From NCBI RefSeq assembly GCF_000008565.1, contig NC_000958.1, positions 145,467 to 177,466 on the forward strand: a DNA stretch of 32,000 nt, read 5' to 3'. The position numbers were made by a program, and so were the translations under genes. This stretch comes from Deinococcus radiodurans R1 = ATCC 13939 = DSM 20539. GTDB taxonomy: Bacteria > Deinococcota > Deinococci > Deinococcales > Deinococcaceae. The number at the start of each line of letters is the position of its first letter. The first letter of the stretch is position 1. Under the pieces are notes generated by a model that saw nothing but the letters and a program-made list of their open reading frames with translations, was not told the origin of the DNA and did not search any database. Positions 19,656 through 29,005 of the stretch are shown one piece after another.

Positions 19656-22264
19656 CCACCCAACTACATCATGTCCGCCTGCACGGCCTGGGCCTGACCG
19701 ACGATTTTCTGCTGCAACTTTCCGACCGCGCCCAGACGGGCAAGGTCGAGGGGGCCACTCCCGCCAGCTACGACCTGCCCCCCAAGACCAGTCTGGAAGA
19801 AGCCATTCAGGACGCCTGGGACGACGCCCGCAAAGCGTGGGCGAAATACCAGCAGCACGGCACCGACGCCTGGGCTGGATGGGTGCGGCCTCTGCTGCGC
19901 GCGCTGGACTACAACTTCGTGGGGGGCGGCGCGGCGGGCGGCAAATACGCCGTGGGCCACCTCACGGAAACCGGGGACGTGCCGCTGCATTTCACCCGGC
20001 AGCCGGACCTTGACCGCGTGACCGACGAAACCGGGCTGCGCGTCAGTCCGCACGGCCTGATGCAGGGCTACCTGAACGCGACGCCGGAGCATCTGTGGGG
20101 CCTCGTGACCAACGGCGAGACGCTGCGGCTGCTGCGCGACAACGCCCAGGTGACGCGCCCGGCCTACGCCGAGTTCCAGATTGGCGAGATGCTGCGCACC
20201 GAGGACGCCCGCGCCTTCCGGGTGCTGTGGCTGCTGCTCCACCGCACCCGGCTGCGCGGCGGCAAGGTGGGGCCGCTGGAAGCCTGGAACGAGGCGAGCA
20301 AGGTGCTCGGCCAGCGCGCCAACGACACCCTGCGCGACGGGGTACAGCTCGCCATCGAGCACCTCGGGACCGGCTTTTTGCGGCACAACCCGGAGCTGCT
20401 GGAGCGCACGCGCAGCGGCGAAGTCAAGGCCGAGGACCTCTACCGCGCGGCCCTGACCACCGTGTATCAGATGGTGTTCCTGTTCGTCACCGAGGACCGC
20501 GACCTGCTGTTTGCGCGGGATGAAGACGGCGAATACCTTCCCGACGCGCAGACCCGCGCCCGCGCCGCGCACTACCTGACCCGCGCCCTGCGGCAGAAAG
20601 CCGGCAGCGTAAACGGCAACCCGCTGCACCACGACGCTTACGTGGCCTGGGAGCGGCTGCTGGGCTACCTGCGCGGCGGCTTTGCCCCGCTGGGCCTGCC
20701 GGCGCTGGGCAGCCTGCTGTTTCAGCCGACCCTGCTCAGTGGCCTGAAACTCGGCAACGACGCTTTTTACGGCGCCGTGCGCGCCCTGAGCGAAATCAGC
20801 GTGAACGGCAGCCTGCGTCCGGTGAACTACGCGGGCCTGGACTCCGAGGAGCTGGGCAGCATCTACGAGAGCCTGCTGGAACTGGTGCCCCGCATCGAGC
20901 CGGGGCCCCGCTTCTCGCTGACCGTGCTGCCCGGCAATGAGCGCAAAAGCACCGGCAGTTACTACACGCCGGGCAGCCTGATTGACCTGCTGCTGGACAG
21001 CGCCCTTGACCCGGTGATCGAAGACGCCGTACGTGACAAGCTCCCGGAAGACGCCATCGCCGCGCTTAAAGGTCTCAAGGTGATCGACCCGGCGTGCGGC
21101 TCGGGGCACTTCCTGATTGCCGCCGCCCGCCGCATTGGAGCGCGGCTGGCCGAACTGGAAGAGGAAACCAGCCTCCCCAGCCCCCGCGCCCTGCGAAAAG
21201 CCACCCGCACCGTCATCGCCCACTGCATCTACGGGGCGGACATCAACCCCATGGCGATTGAGCTGGCCAAAGTCGCCCTGTGGCTCGAAAGCCAGGACGC
21301 GGGCCGGCCCCTGGCCTTCCTCGACCACCGCCTGCGCGTGGGCAACAGCCTGCTGGGCGCCACGCCCGAGCTGATGAACGCCGAGGACGAGATTCCCGAA
21401 AAGACCGTGCGCGGCGTGACCAGCCGGGCCGTCAGGGCCCATACCCTTCACCTGCCCGACGAAGCGTTCAGCGCCATTTAAGGTGACGACAAGAAAACCG
21501 TCTCGGAGCTGAAAAAGCGCAACAAGGCCGAGCGTGAGGCCCTGATTCGCGCTGCCAAAGGCGAACAGAGCCTGTTCGACGTGTCCGGCGACCTCGCGCC
21601 CCTCACGGCAATGGTGCGGGCGCTGGACAAAATCGAACCCGACAGCGCCGAGCACGTGCAGGCGCAGCAGAGTACCTACCACGCCATTCGCCAGAACGCC
21701 CGCTTGCAGGAGCAGCAGCGCCTGGCCGACGCCTGGTGCGCCGCCTTCGTCGCCCCCAAGACCCCCGGCCAACCCGCGCTAACCACCGCCACGCTGCACG
21801 CCCTGAAACGCACGCCGGACGCCCCCGCCCTGCAACCCGTGCGGCAACTGGTGAGCGACGTGGCCGCGCAGTACGCCTTCCTGCATCCGCACATCGAGTT
21901 TCCCGACGTGTTCGGAGACGCGCAAAAAGGTGGCTTCGACTGCGTGCTGGGCAACCCACCGTGGGAACACACGGAATTGAAGGAAAAAGAGTGGTTTGCG
22001 CCGCGAAAACCAGAAATTGCCGACGCCGCCACCGGAGCACTCCGCAAGAAAATGATTGAAGGACTGGCCGAGAATGACCCAAAGCTCTACGCCGACTTCC
22101 TGTTCGCCCGGCGTGAAGCAGACGCCGTGAGTCATTTCGTTTCGGCCAGCGGGCGCTATCCACTGACGGCGCGGGGGCGCATTAACACCTACGCGATTTT
22201 CAGCGAGCTTTGCCGAAACAGTCTCAATCCTTGCGGACGCCTGGGCATCATCGTGCCGACGGGC

Positions 22265-22303
<39 letters not shown>

Positions 22304-22510
22304 TTGATGGACAAAAAGTCGTTGGTGAGCCTGTACGACTTTGAGAACCGCGAAGGCATTTTCCCTGGCGTACACCGCTCATTCAAGTTCTGCATGTTGA
22401 CAGCCAGCGGCGAGAAGCGTCCCAACAATGCCGCGCAGTTCGCTTTCTTTGCCCTGAATGCCGACGAAGCCCGCGACCCCGGCAAGGTGTTCAGCCTCTC
22501 CCCTGCCGAA

Positions 22511-22563
<53 letters not shown>

Positions 22564-23165
22564 TGACGCGGCCATTACGAAGGGCATTTACCAGCGCGTA
22601 CCCGTACTGCTCAATGAGGCGACGGGAGAGAATCCCTGGGGCATCAGCTTCAAGCAAGGGCTGTTCAATATGACCAGCGATTCCGGCCTGTTTCGCACCG
22701 CCGCGCAACTGGACGCCGAGGGCTGGACGCTGGACGGCAACCGCTACCGCAAAGGCCCGGCGCAGATGCTTCCTCTGTACGAAGCCAAGCTAATGCACCA
22801 GTTTGACCACCGCTTCGCCACCTACACCGAGAATGGTGAGACGCGGGACATAACCAGCGCGGAAAAGGCTGACCCGGATTGCTTGCCGTTGCCGCGGTAC
22901 TGGGTAGCAGAAGCGGAAGTAGAAGACCGCCTGATTCAGAAAGATAAAAACGGGCGCGTGACTTGGGAATGGACTCGGGATTGGTTGATGGGCTTTCGGG
23001 ATATAGCACGGGTCACAGATGAGCGAACAGCGATTTTTGGCCTTTTTCCACCCTATGGCTCGGGAAACACAATGCCATTTATGTTTTCTGGCACTTCGGC
23101 ACTAGCTGCGTCAGCCTTGTTTATTGACTCCGGCACGACTTGGAGACGCGAGGTAAACTTAGGAG

Positions 23166-23651
23166 GTGCTGCGCGTCTGGCGACCCTCCACTTTGACTCG
23201 TGACCAGCTGGAAGAACGACGGCTGTATGCTCAGCAGCTCCTCGCCGCAGGTGAGGTCAATGCCAAGGAGATCGCGGCTTCGGTCGGCGTTTCCGAAAGT
23301 ACAGTCCGCACCTGGAAACAGCGTCTCCGAGAACGAGGCAGCCTCCAGGCCACCCGAGCGGCTGGGCCTTCACCGCGCCTGAGGCCAGAACAGCGCACGC
23401 AACTGGGGGAGATCCTGCGCGCAGGACCGCTGGCCGCCGGTTATCCCGACGCGCGTTGGACGACCTCCCGCGTGCGGGAGGTCATTGGCCTGCAATTTGA
23501 GGTGTGGTACCACGCCGATCACGTCAGGAAGTTGCTTCACCAGCTTGGCTTCAGTCCTCAGAAGCCAGAATCGCGTGCCTTGGAACGCGATGAGCAGGCG
23601 GTTCAGACCTGGGTCGAGCAGACGCTCCCCAGCTTGAAAAAAAAAGGTTGA
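23166..23651 (+). CDS. IS630 transposase, N-terminal HTH part (orfA)
   Basis: 161 aa with a helix-turn-helix or winged-helix pattern typical of IS630 ([21 protein letters not shown]; [10 protein letters not shown]...[19 protein letters not shown]). It ends just after an A9 tract. Confidence 0.85.
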   Translation: MLRVWRPSTLTRDQLEERRLYAQQLLAAGEVNAKEIAASVGVSESTVRTWKQRLRERGSLQATRAAGPSPRLRPEQRTQLGEILRAGPLAAGYPDARWTTSRVREVIGLQFEVWYHADHVRKLLHQLGFSPQKPESRALERDEQAVQTWVEQTLPSLKKKG

Positions 23652-23658
23652 GCAGGGT

Positions 23659-24177
<519 letters not shown>

Positions 24178-24489
24178 GCCGGAGTCAATAGTGACATGAA
24201 TAGTTATGTCTTGGATTACAGTGCACGTCAGAAAGTCGGCGGTACACATCTGACTTACAACTACCTCAAGCAATTCCCCGTCCTCCCACCCTCCGTCTTC
24301 AACCCTTCCCGCCTTGCCTTCATTACGCCGCGTGTGCTGGAGCTGACGTACACGGCCCACGACCTGTCCGGCTTTGCCCGTGACCTCGGCTACGCGGGCG
24401 AGCCGTTTACCTGGGATGACGAACGCCGCTTCTGGCTGCGGGCCGAACTGGACGCGCTGTATTTCCTGCTGTACGGCATTGAGCGCCCG

Positions 24490-24525
<36 letters not shown>

Positions 24526-24729
24526 AAGCGCAAGGACGTGGCAGCGCACGGAAGCTACCGCACGAAGGAAGCGATTCTGAGCGTGTACGACGAGCTGACG
24601 GCGCTGGGGCTGGAGCGCCTGCACGAGTACGCCAGCCGTGTACCGGGCGGTGCGGTGGCGGGCGGCTGGGGGCCTGAATGAGTTCATTACGTAGCACTTG
24701 TCAGGATTCTGGTACTATCTGGTGGTACC

Positions 24730-24996
24730 ATGACTAAGGTGAGTGGCAGACATCAACGGACGTTAGAGCAGATTTTTGCCCGTCCGATCTCTGGCACCAT
24801 TCATTGGGACGCGATAGAAAAGTTACTTGTTCACCTGGGAGCAGAAATCAGTGAGGGAAGTGGTTCACGGGTTCGTATCAGCCTTCGTGGGGTACGCGCC
24901 GTGTTTCATCGCCCTCATCCCCAGCCCACAACCGATAAAGGGGCCGTGAATGATGTCAGGAAACTTTTAGAAAACGCCGGTATACGTCCTGAATAA
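24730..24996 (+). CDS. hicA: HicA-family toxin (type II TA)
   Basis: 88 aa. The pattern RHQRTLEQIFARP..I.W.AIEKLL..LGAEISEGSGSRVRISL.G....FHRPHP....DKGAVNDVRKLLENAGI matches my recollection of the HicA/YcfA-like toxin family. It sits immediately upstream of a HicB-like gene. Confidence 0.75.
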   Translation: MTKVSGRHQRTLEQIFARPISGTIHWDAIEKLLVHLGAEISEGSGSRVRISLRGVRAVFHRPHPQPTTDKGAVNDVRKLLENAGIRPE

Positions 24997-25035
24997 TTAG
25001 TAGAAGCAATGGCATCATTTGCAAGGAAAACCAAG

Positions 25036-25542
25036 ATGACGACTTTAGAATATCGAGGCTATATAGGTAGCGTGACCTTTGATGCGGAAGCGGAAATTCT
25101 GCATGGCACGGTAGTCAACACCCGTGACGTCATTACCTTTCAGGGCGAGAGTGTCTCTGAGATCAAGCAGGCTTTTAAAGAGAGTGTAGAAGATTATCTG
25201 GCTTTCTGTGCCGAGCTGGGCGAGGAACCAGAAAAACCTATGAGTGGTAAATTTAATGTCAGGATTTCGCCTTTGCTCCACGCCCAGGCAGTTGCAATGG
25301 CACAGTCGCAAGAAATCAGCCTCAATACGTTGGTCGAACGCGCTATAAACGATGTGGTAAACCGCTCAGCTTCTGTGGATGCTCAGTCAGCTCAAGACCA
25401 CCAACCGAATACGGACGAAGAGTGTGATAGCGACAGGGAAATATATGATGTTGCTATACATTGGAGCGGCACAAGACTTGCAAAGGCATCGTCTGTCATG
25501 ACGTCTATGCAGCAATCTCTTGAAGTTCGGGTAACGAACTGA
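25036..25542 (+). CDS. hicB: HicB-family antitoxin with RHH-type DNA-binding region and a ~59-aa C-terminal extension
   Basis: LEYRGYIGSVTFDAEAEILHGTVVNTRDVITFQGESVSEIKQAFKESVEDYLAFCAELGEEPEKPMSGKFNVRISPLLH...SLNTLVERAI is the COG4226/HicB pattern. I prefer ATG 25036, with AAGGA about 8 nt upstream, over the ORF-track start at 25009. Confidence 0.85.
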   Translation: MTTLEYRGYIGSVTFDAEAEILHGTVVNTRDVITFQGESVSEIKQAFKESVEDYLAFCAELGEEPEKPMSGKFNVRISPLLHAQAVAMAQSQEISLNTLVERAINDVVNRSASVDAQSAQDHQPNTDEECDSDREIYDVAIHWSGTRLAKASSVMTSMQQSLEVRVTN

Positions 25543-26099
25543 TGCCCCGTAGAACCAGCCAGGAAGTGTCTCAAGCCGAGTCAATGGTATTGGATGCACT
25601 CACATACAACCGGTTCGTTGCGGGTGTGCAGCCCACCCGTATCGAACTGGGCGAGGTCAGTGCCAGCGCTAAGCCCTCGGATTTTCAGGAGCTTGACGTC
25701 AGAGTAGACAGTCATTTCAAGGTGCAGTGTCTCAAATCGAATGCTCAGGCCCGTACTTTTGAGATAGATGCCCAACTAGAACTGCATTTCATTGCCGCGA
25801 ATGAACAGAAGGTAGGGCAATTTGTTTGCCTGTACCACCTGTCTTACCTATCGGTAGAGGCACTGAGCGACGCGCTCCTCGAAGAATTTGCACGCCGGAA
25901 CGCGCCTGTGAACGTCTGGCCATTTATGCGGGAGCTGGTGCTGAATCTAACGCAGCGCTTCGGCTGGACCGGCTTCGTTCTGCCTAGTTTTCTTATTCCG
26001 CCTAGTCCTGAAAAGGCGTCAGACCCGGAAACAGCATCACATGATGCAGAAGTCGTCCCGGCTTCCAAGAAACCTCGCAAGGCTAAGACGAAAGCATGA
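25542..26099 (+). CDS. SecB-like chaperone (candidate TAC chaperone)
   Basis: 185 aa. The C-terminal core NAPVNVWPFMRELVLNLTQRFGWTGFVLPSF parallels E. coli SecB [32 protein letters not shown]. The preceding beta-rich region has a similar length. Its start overlaps the hicB stop (TGATG) and its stop overlaps the next start (ATGA). Confidence 0.65.
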   Translation: MPRRTSQEVSQAESMVLDALTYNRFVAGVQPTRIELGEVSASAKPSDFQELDVRVDSHFKVQCLKSNAQARTFEIDAQLELHFIAANEQKVGQFVCLYHLSYLSVEALSDALLEEFARRNAPVNVWPFMRELVLNLTQRFGWTGFVLPSFLIPPSPEKASDPETASHDAEVVPASKKPRKAKTKA

Positions 26100-29005
26100 G
26101 CGACGCTGCCATTTCGTGTTCTTGGAAGCCTTTTTTCCGCGAGTTGGCGACCCGGCTTCTGGACTATGAAGACCGCCAGCCTGAACTGCTTGCTGCGCTG
26201 CGTGACGCGAGCATCAGCATCAACCATGACGAAGGGGAGCCCCTGCGTGAAGTAGACCCATTCACGTTCTTCTCTTTGGTCCTCAAGCACACCTCAGACG
26301 CCACAGCTTTGCCGCTGTTTGCCAGGGTTGGGGCCGCTCTGGGGGTTCAGGCTCCTTCTCCTACAGACCTGATAGGCGTGCCGTGGAGCAACCCCATGAA
26401 TGCCTGGTTTTTTGCTTATCGCAGTCAGCGTCAACCGGGGGACGTACCGCTCCTCTGGCGACTGGCGCGGCAGGCAGTGGCCGGTATTCTGGACGCTCAG
26501 ACCTTTGAGGACGCCCTGAAGATTCGCAAGGTGGCGCTGCCCAAGCTGACCCAGGGTCTTTTCTGGCTCAACCCCGAGCGATTCCTGGCCCTCAATGCTG
26601 TCAATGTGCCTTATCTGCAGGCGCGTGGTCTTCAGGCGGCTGGTCAGGTTCAGACTCTTGCAGAGTATGAGACCGTTCTGGAGGCGGCTCACAAGCTCAA
26701 CCCTGACTTTGCGGCTTTGTCGCACCGGGCGTGGCTCAACAGCCAGACGGCGGCTCTGGAAGGCAATCATTTCCCGTTTGCCCGGTATCAAGCCGACGCG
26801 CAGGAATTTGCGGGGGACAAAGTCAAGGGCAACCTCGTGCTTGACCGCCGTTACGCGCCACTGCTGCTGGACTTGATGGCCGGCGAGTGGGAGACGCTGA
26901 AGCCCTCACGCTCGCCCTACAGCGGTCGGGAGCAACTCGCCGTCAAAGTGGCGCTGGGCGGCGGCGTCAAGACCGATGGCGGCGCCTTTGCGCGGGCGCT
27001 GCTGTTCGCCGACGACAGTGGGTTCGAGTACGTGCCTTTCTCAGCGGGGCTGACCCTGGAAGCCGGGCTGCCTGATGGCCGGGGAGACGGGCCCCGGCAG
27101 GCGCTGCAGGAGCCCGCTCGCCAGCACACCCTGCTGACGGCGCTCAATGCCCCTTTGCCGGCTGGCCTGGAAGCGACCCTCACCCTGAATACAGATTTTG
27201 GGGCCCTGTTTTTGTTGCCGCTGGGACCCGGGCGAGAAGCCGAGGCCGCGCAGCAGCTTCAGCAGTACATGTCGGGCGTGGGCCGCAGTCGCCGCTTGCG
27301 CGTGGGCCTGAGCCTGCTTCCCGAGCACCTCGAATCCGACAAGTTCCCCGAGCTGCTGGACGCGGCCCTGACATACCTTGACGCCCTTGTGGACCTGCTC
27401 GACGGCCTGATGCGTCCCAGCGAGGAGACATCGACTGAGGAAATTGGGGTTCCCGGCACCCGGCCTGTCGCCCCGACACCAGCGGCCTTCGTTCCAGTGC
27501 CGGGCGTGCCGCTCAACCAGATTCTTTATGGCCCTCCCGGCACCGGCAAGACCTACCGCGTGGTGGACGAGGCGCTCTCGGTCCTTGACCCGGCTTTCTT
27601 ATCTGCTCACCCCGGCAGCGAGGGCCGCGCGGCCCGTAAAGCCCGCTACGACGAGCTGGCCGCGCAAGGTCAGATCTCCTTCGTGACCTTCCACCAGTCT
27701 TTCGGTTACGAAGACTTCATTGAGGGCATCAAGCCGGTGATGTCCGGCGGGGCCCTCTCTTACGTGCTGCAAGACGGCGTGTTTCTGGAAGCGGTGCGGT
27801 CTGCCGGTGGTGCCCTCGCGCCGGCGGCACCGGAAGCTGGTCCCTCGACTGAAACACAGCCGCTGGTGCGCCCGGACGCGCAGGTCTGGCGAATGTACAT
27901 TGACGGCACAGCGCCGGTCAGCCGCATCCGTGACCTGAGTCTGGGCCGTGGCGAGCTGAGGATGGGCAGTTACGGGAAGCCGCCGCGCGATTTGACCCAA
28001 GCGGGCGTTGAGGACCTCAGCGGGCGACAGCTTCTTTTTAAGGAGAGCGTTCGTGTAGGGGACCTTATGCTGCTCGCCACTGCCGCCGACCGCATCGGGG
28101 CGGTGGGCGTGGTGACTGGCGACTACCGCTTTGACCCGCACAGTGACCCGACGTTTGCCACCGATTACGCCCACACCCGCTCTGTGAAGTGGTTGGCCCA
28201 AGACCTGAATGTCGGCGCCACCGAGACGCTTGGAAAATCGTTCGCCCCCCCGACCCTGCAGCGGGTGGCCGATGTGACCCCGGCACAAGTGCTTCAGGCC
28301 CTCGGTGTGTCTACGGCAGGCGGAGAGACCGCTCATGCGCCCACGCCGCGCCCGCACGTCCTGATCATCGACGAGATCAACCGCGGCAACATCTCCAAGA
28401 TTTTTGGGGAACTGATCACCCTGCTCGAAAGCGGCAAGCGGACCGGGGCGCCGGAAGCCCTGACCGTCACCCTGCCCCTGAGCCGCCGCCCCCTCAGCGT
28501 GCCGCAGAGCCTTTACGTCATCGGCACCATGAACACCGCCGACCGCAGCCTGACCCTGCTTGACGCCGCGCTGCGCCGACGCTTCGTCTTCCGGCCCGTG
28601 TGGCCCCAGCCCGAGGTTCTGCCGGTGCTCGACCTTGGCGGCACGGCCCTGGACCTGCGCAAGTTCCTGCACGTCATCAACGACCGCATCGAGCGCCTTC
28701 TCAGCCGCGAGCAGGTCATTGGACACGCCTACTTGCTGGGGCTGCCCGCCACGCTGGGCGGCGTATCCAGTGCTCTACGCGAGCGCATTTTGCCGCTGCT
28801 GGAAGAGTATTTCTTTGAGGACTGGAGCAAGATCCGTGAGGTTCTCGGCGATGAGAGCAAGGCGGAAGCGCTGCAGTTCATTCACCGCAGCGGCTCAGGG
28901 CCCGAGCTGCGTTACCGCCTGAATCCTGAGGCCTTCGAGAACATTGAAGCCTTCACCGGAGTTTATGCGGGCGTCAGCGATCAAGATTTCCCGTTTGACG
29001 CCTGA
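26096..29005 (+). CDS. mcrB: McrB-like AAA+ GTPase with ~470-aa N-terminal region and an insertion inside the AAA+ module
   Basis: 969 aa. Walker A GPPGTGKT (27530-27553), FHQSFGYEDFIEGIKP, Walker B/McrB signature LIIDEINRGNISKIFGELITLLE (from 28370), IGTMNTADRSL, and RRRF. Confidence 0.9.
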   Translation: MSDAAISCSWKPFFRELATRLLDYEDRQPELLAALRDASISINHDEGEPLREVDPFTFFSLVLKHTSDATALPLFARVGAALGVQAPSPTDLIGVPWSNPMNAWFFAYRSQRQPGDVPLLWRLARQAVAGILDAQTFEDALKIRKVALPKLTQGLFWLNPERFLALNAVNVPYLQARGLQAAGQVQTLAEYETVLEAAHKLNPDFAALSHRAWLNSQTAALEGNHFPFARYQADAQEFAGDKVKGNLVLDRRYAPLLLDLMAGEWETLKPSRSPYSGREQLAVKVALGGGVKTDGGAFARALLFADDSGFEYVPFSAGLTLEAGLPDGRGDGPRQALQEPARQHTLLTALNAPLPAGLEATLTLNTDFGALFLLPLGPGREAEAAQQLQQYMSGVGRSRRLRVGLSLLPEHLESDKFPELLDAALTYLDALVDLLDGLMRPSEETSTEEIGVPGTRPVAPTPAAFVPVPGVPLNQILYGPPGTGKTYRVVDEALSVLDPAFLSAHPGSEGRAARKARYDELAAQGQISFVTFHQSFGYEDFIEGIKPVMSGGALSYVLQDGVFLEAVRSAGGALAPAAPEAGPSTETQPLVRPDAQVWRMYIDGTAPVSRIRDLSLGRGELRMGSYGKPPRDLTQAGVEDLSGRQLLFKESVRVGDLMLLATAADRIGAVGVVTGDYRFDPHSDPTFATDYAHTRSVKWLAQDLNVGATETLGKSFAPPTLQRVADVTPAQVLQALGVSTAGGETAHAPTPRPHVLIIDEINRGNISKIFGELITLLESGKRTGAPEALTVTLPLSRRPLSVPQSLYVIGTMNTADRSLTLLDAALRRRFVFRPVWPQPEVLPVLDLGGTALDLRKFLHVINDRIERLLSREQVIGHAYLLGLPATLGGVSSALRERILPLLEEYFFEDWSKIREVLGDESKAEALQFIHRSGSGPELRYRLNPEAFENIEAFTGVYAGVSDQDFPFDA

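Noticed and set aside
21479-21481. Programmed read-through or recoding of the TAA in the methyltransferase
   Set aside because: TAA is not a known recoded codon in bacteria of this type, and I see no downstream stimulatory structure or slippery sequence. A plain nonsense mutation or a sequencing error is more parsimonious.
19664-21772. 702-aa minus-strand ORF
   Set aside because: It is entirely antisense to the methyltransferase, which has clear motifs I and IV. It has no recognisable domain, is extremely rich in Gly/Ala/Arg/Val, and even spans the MTase nonsense site. It is a shadow ORF in GC-rich DNA.
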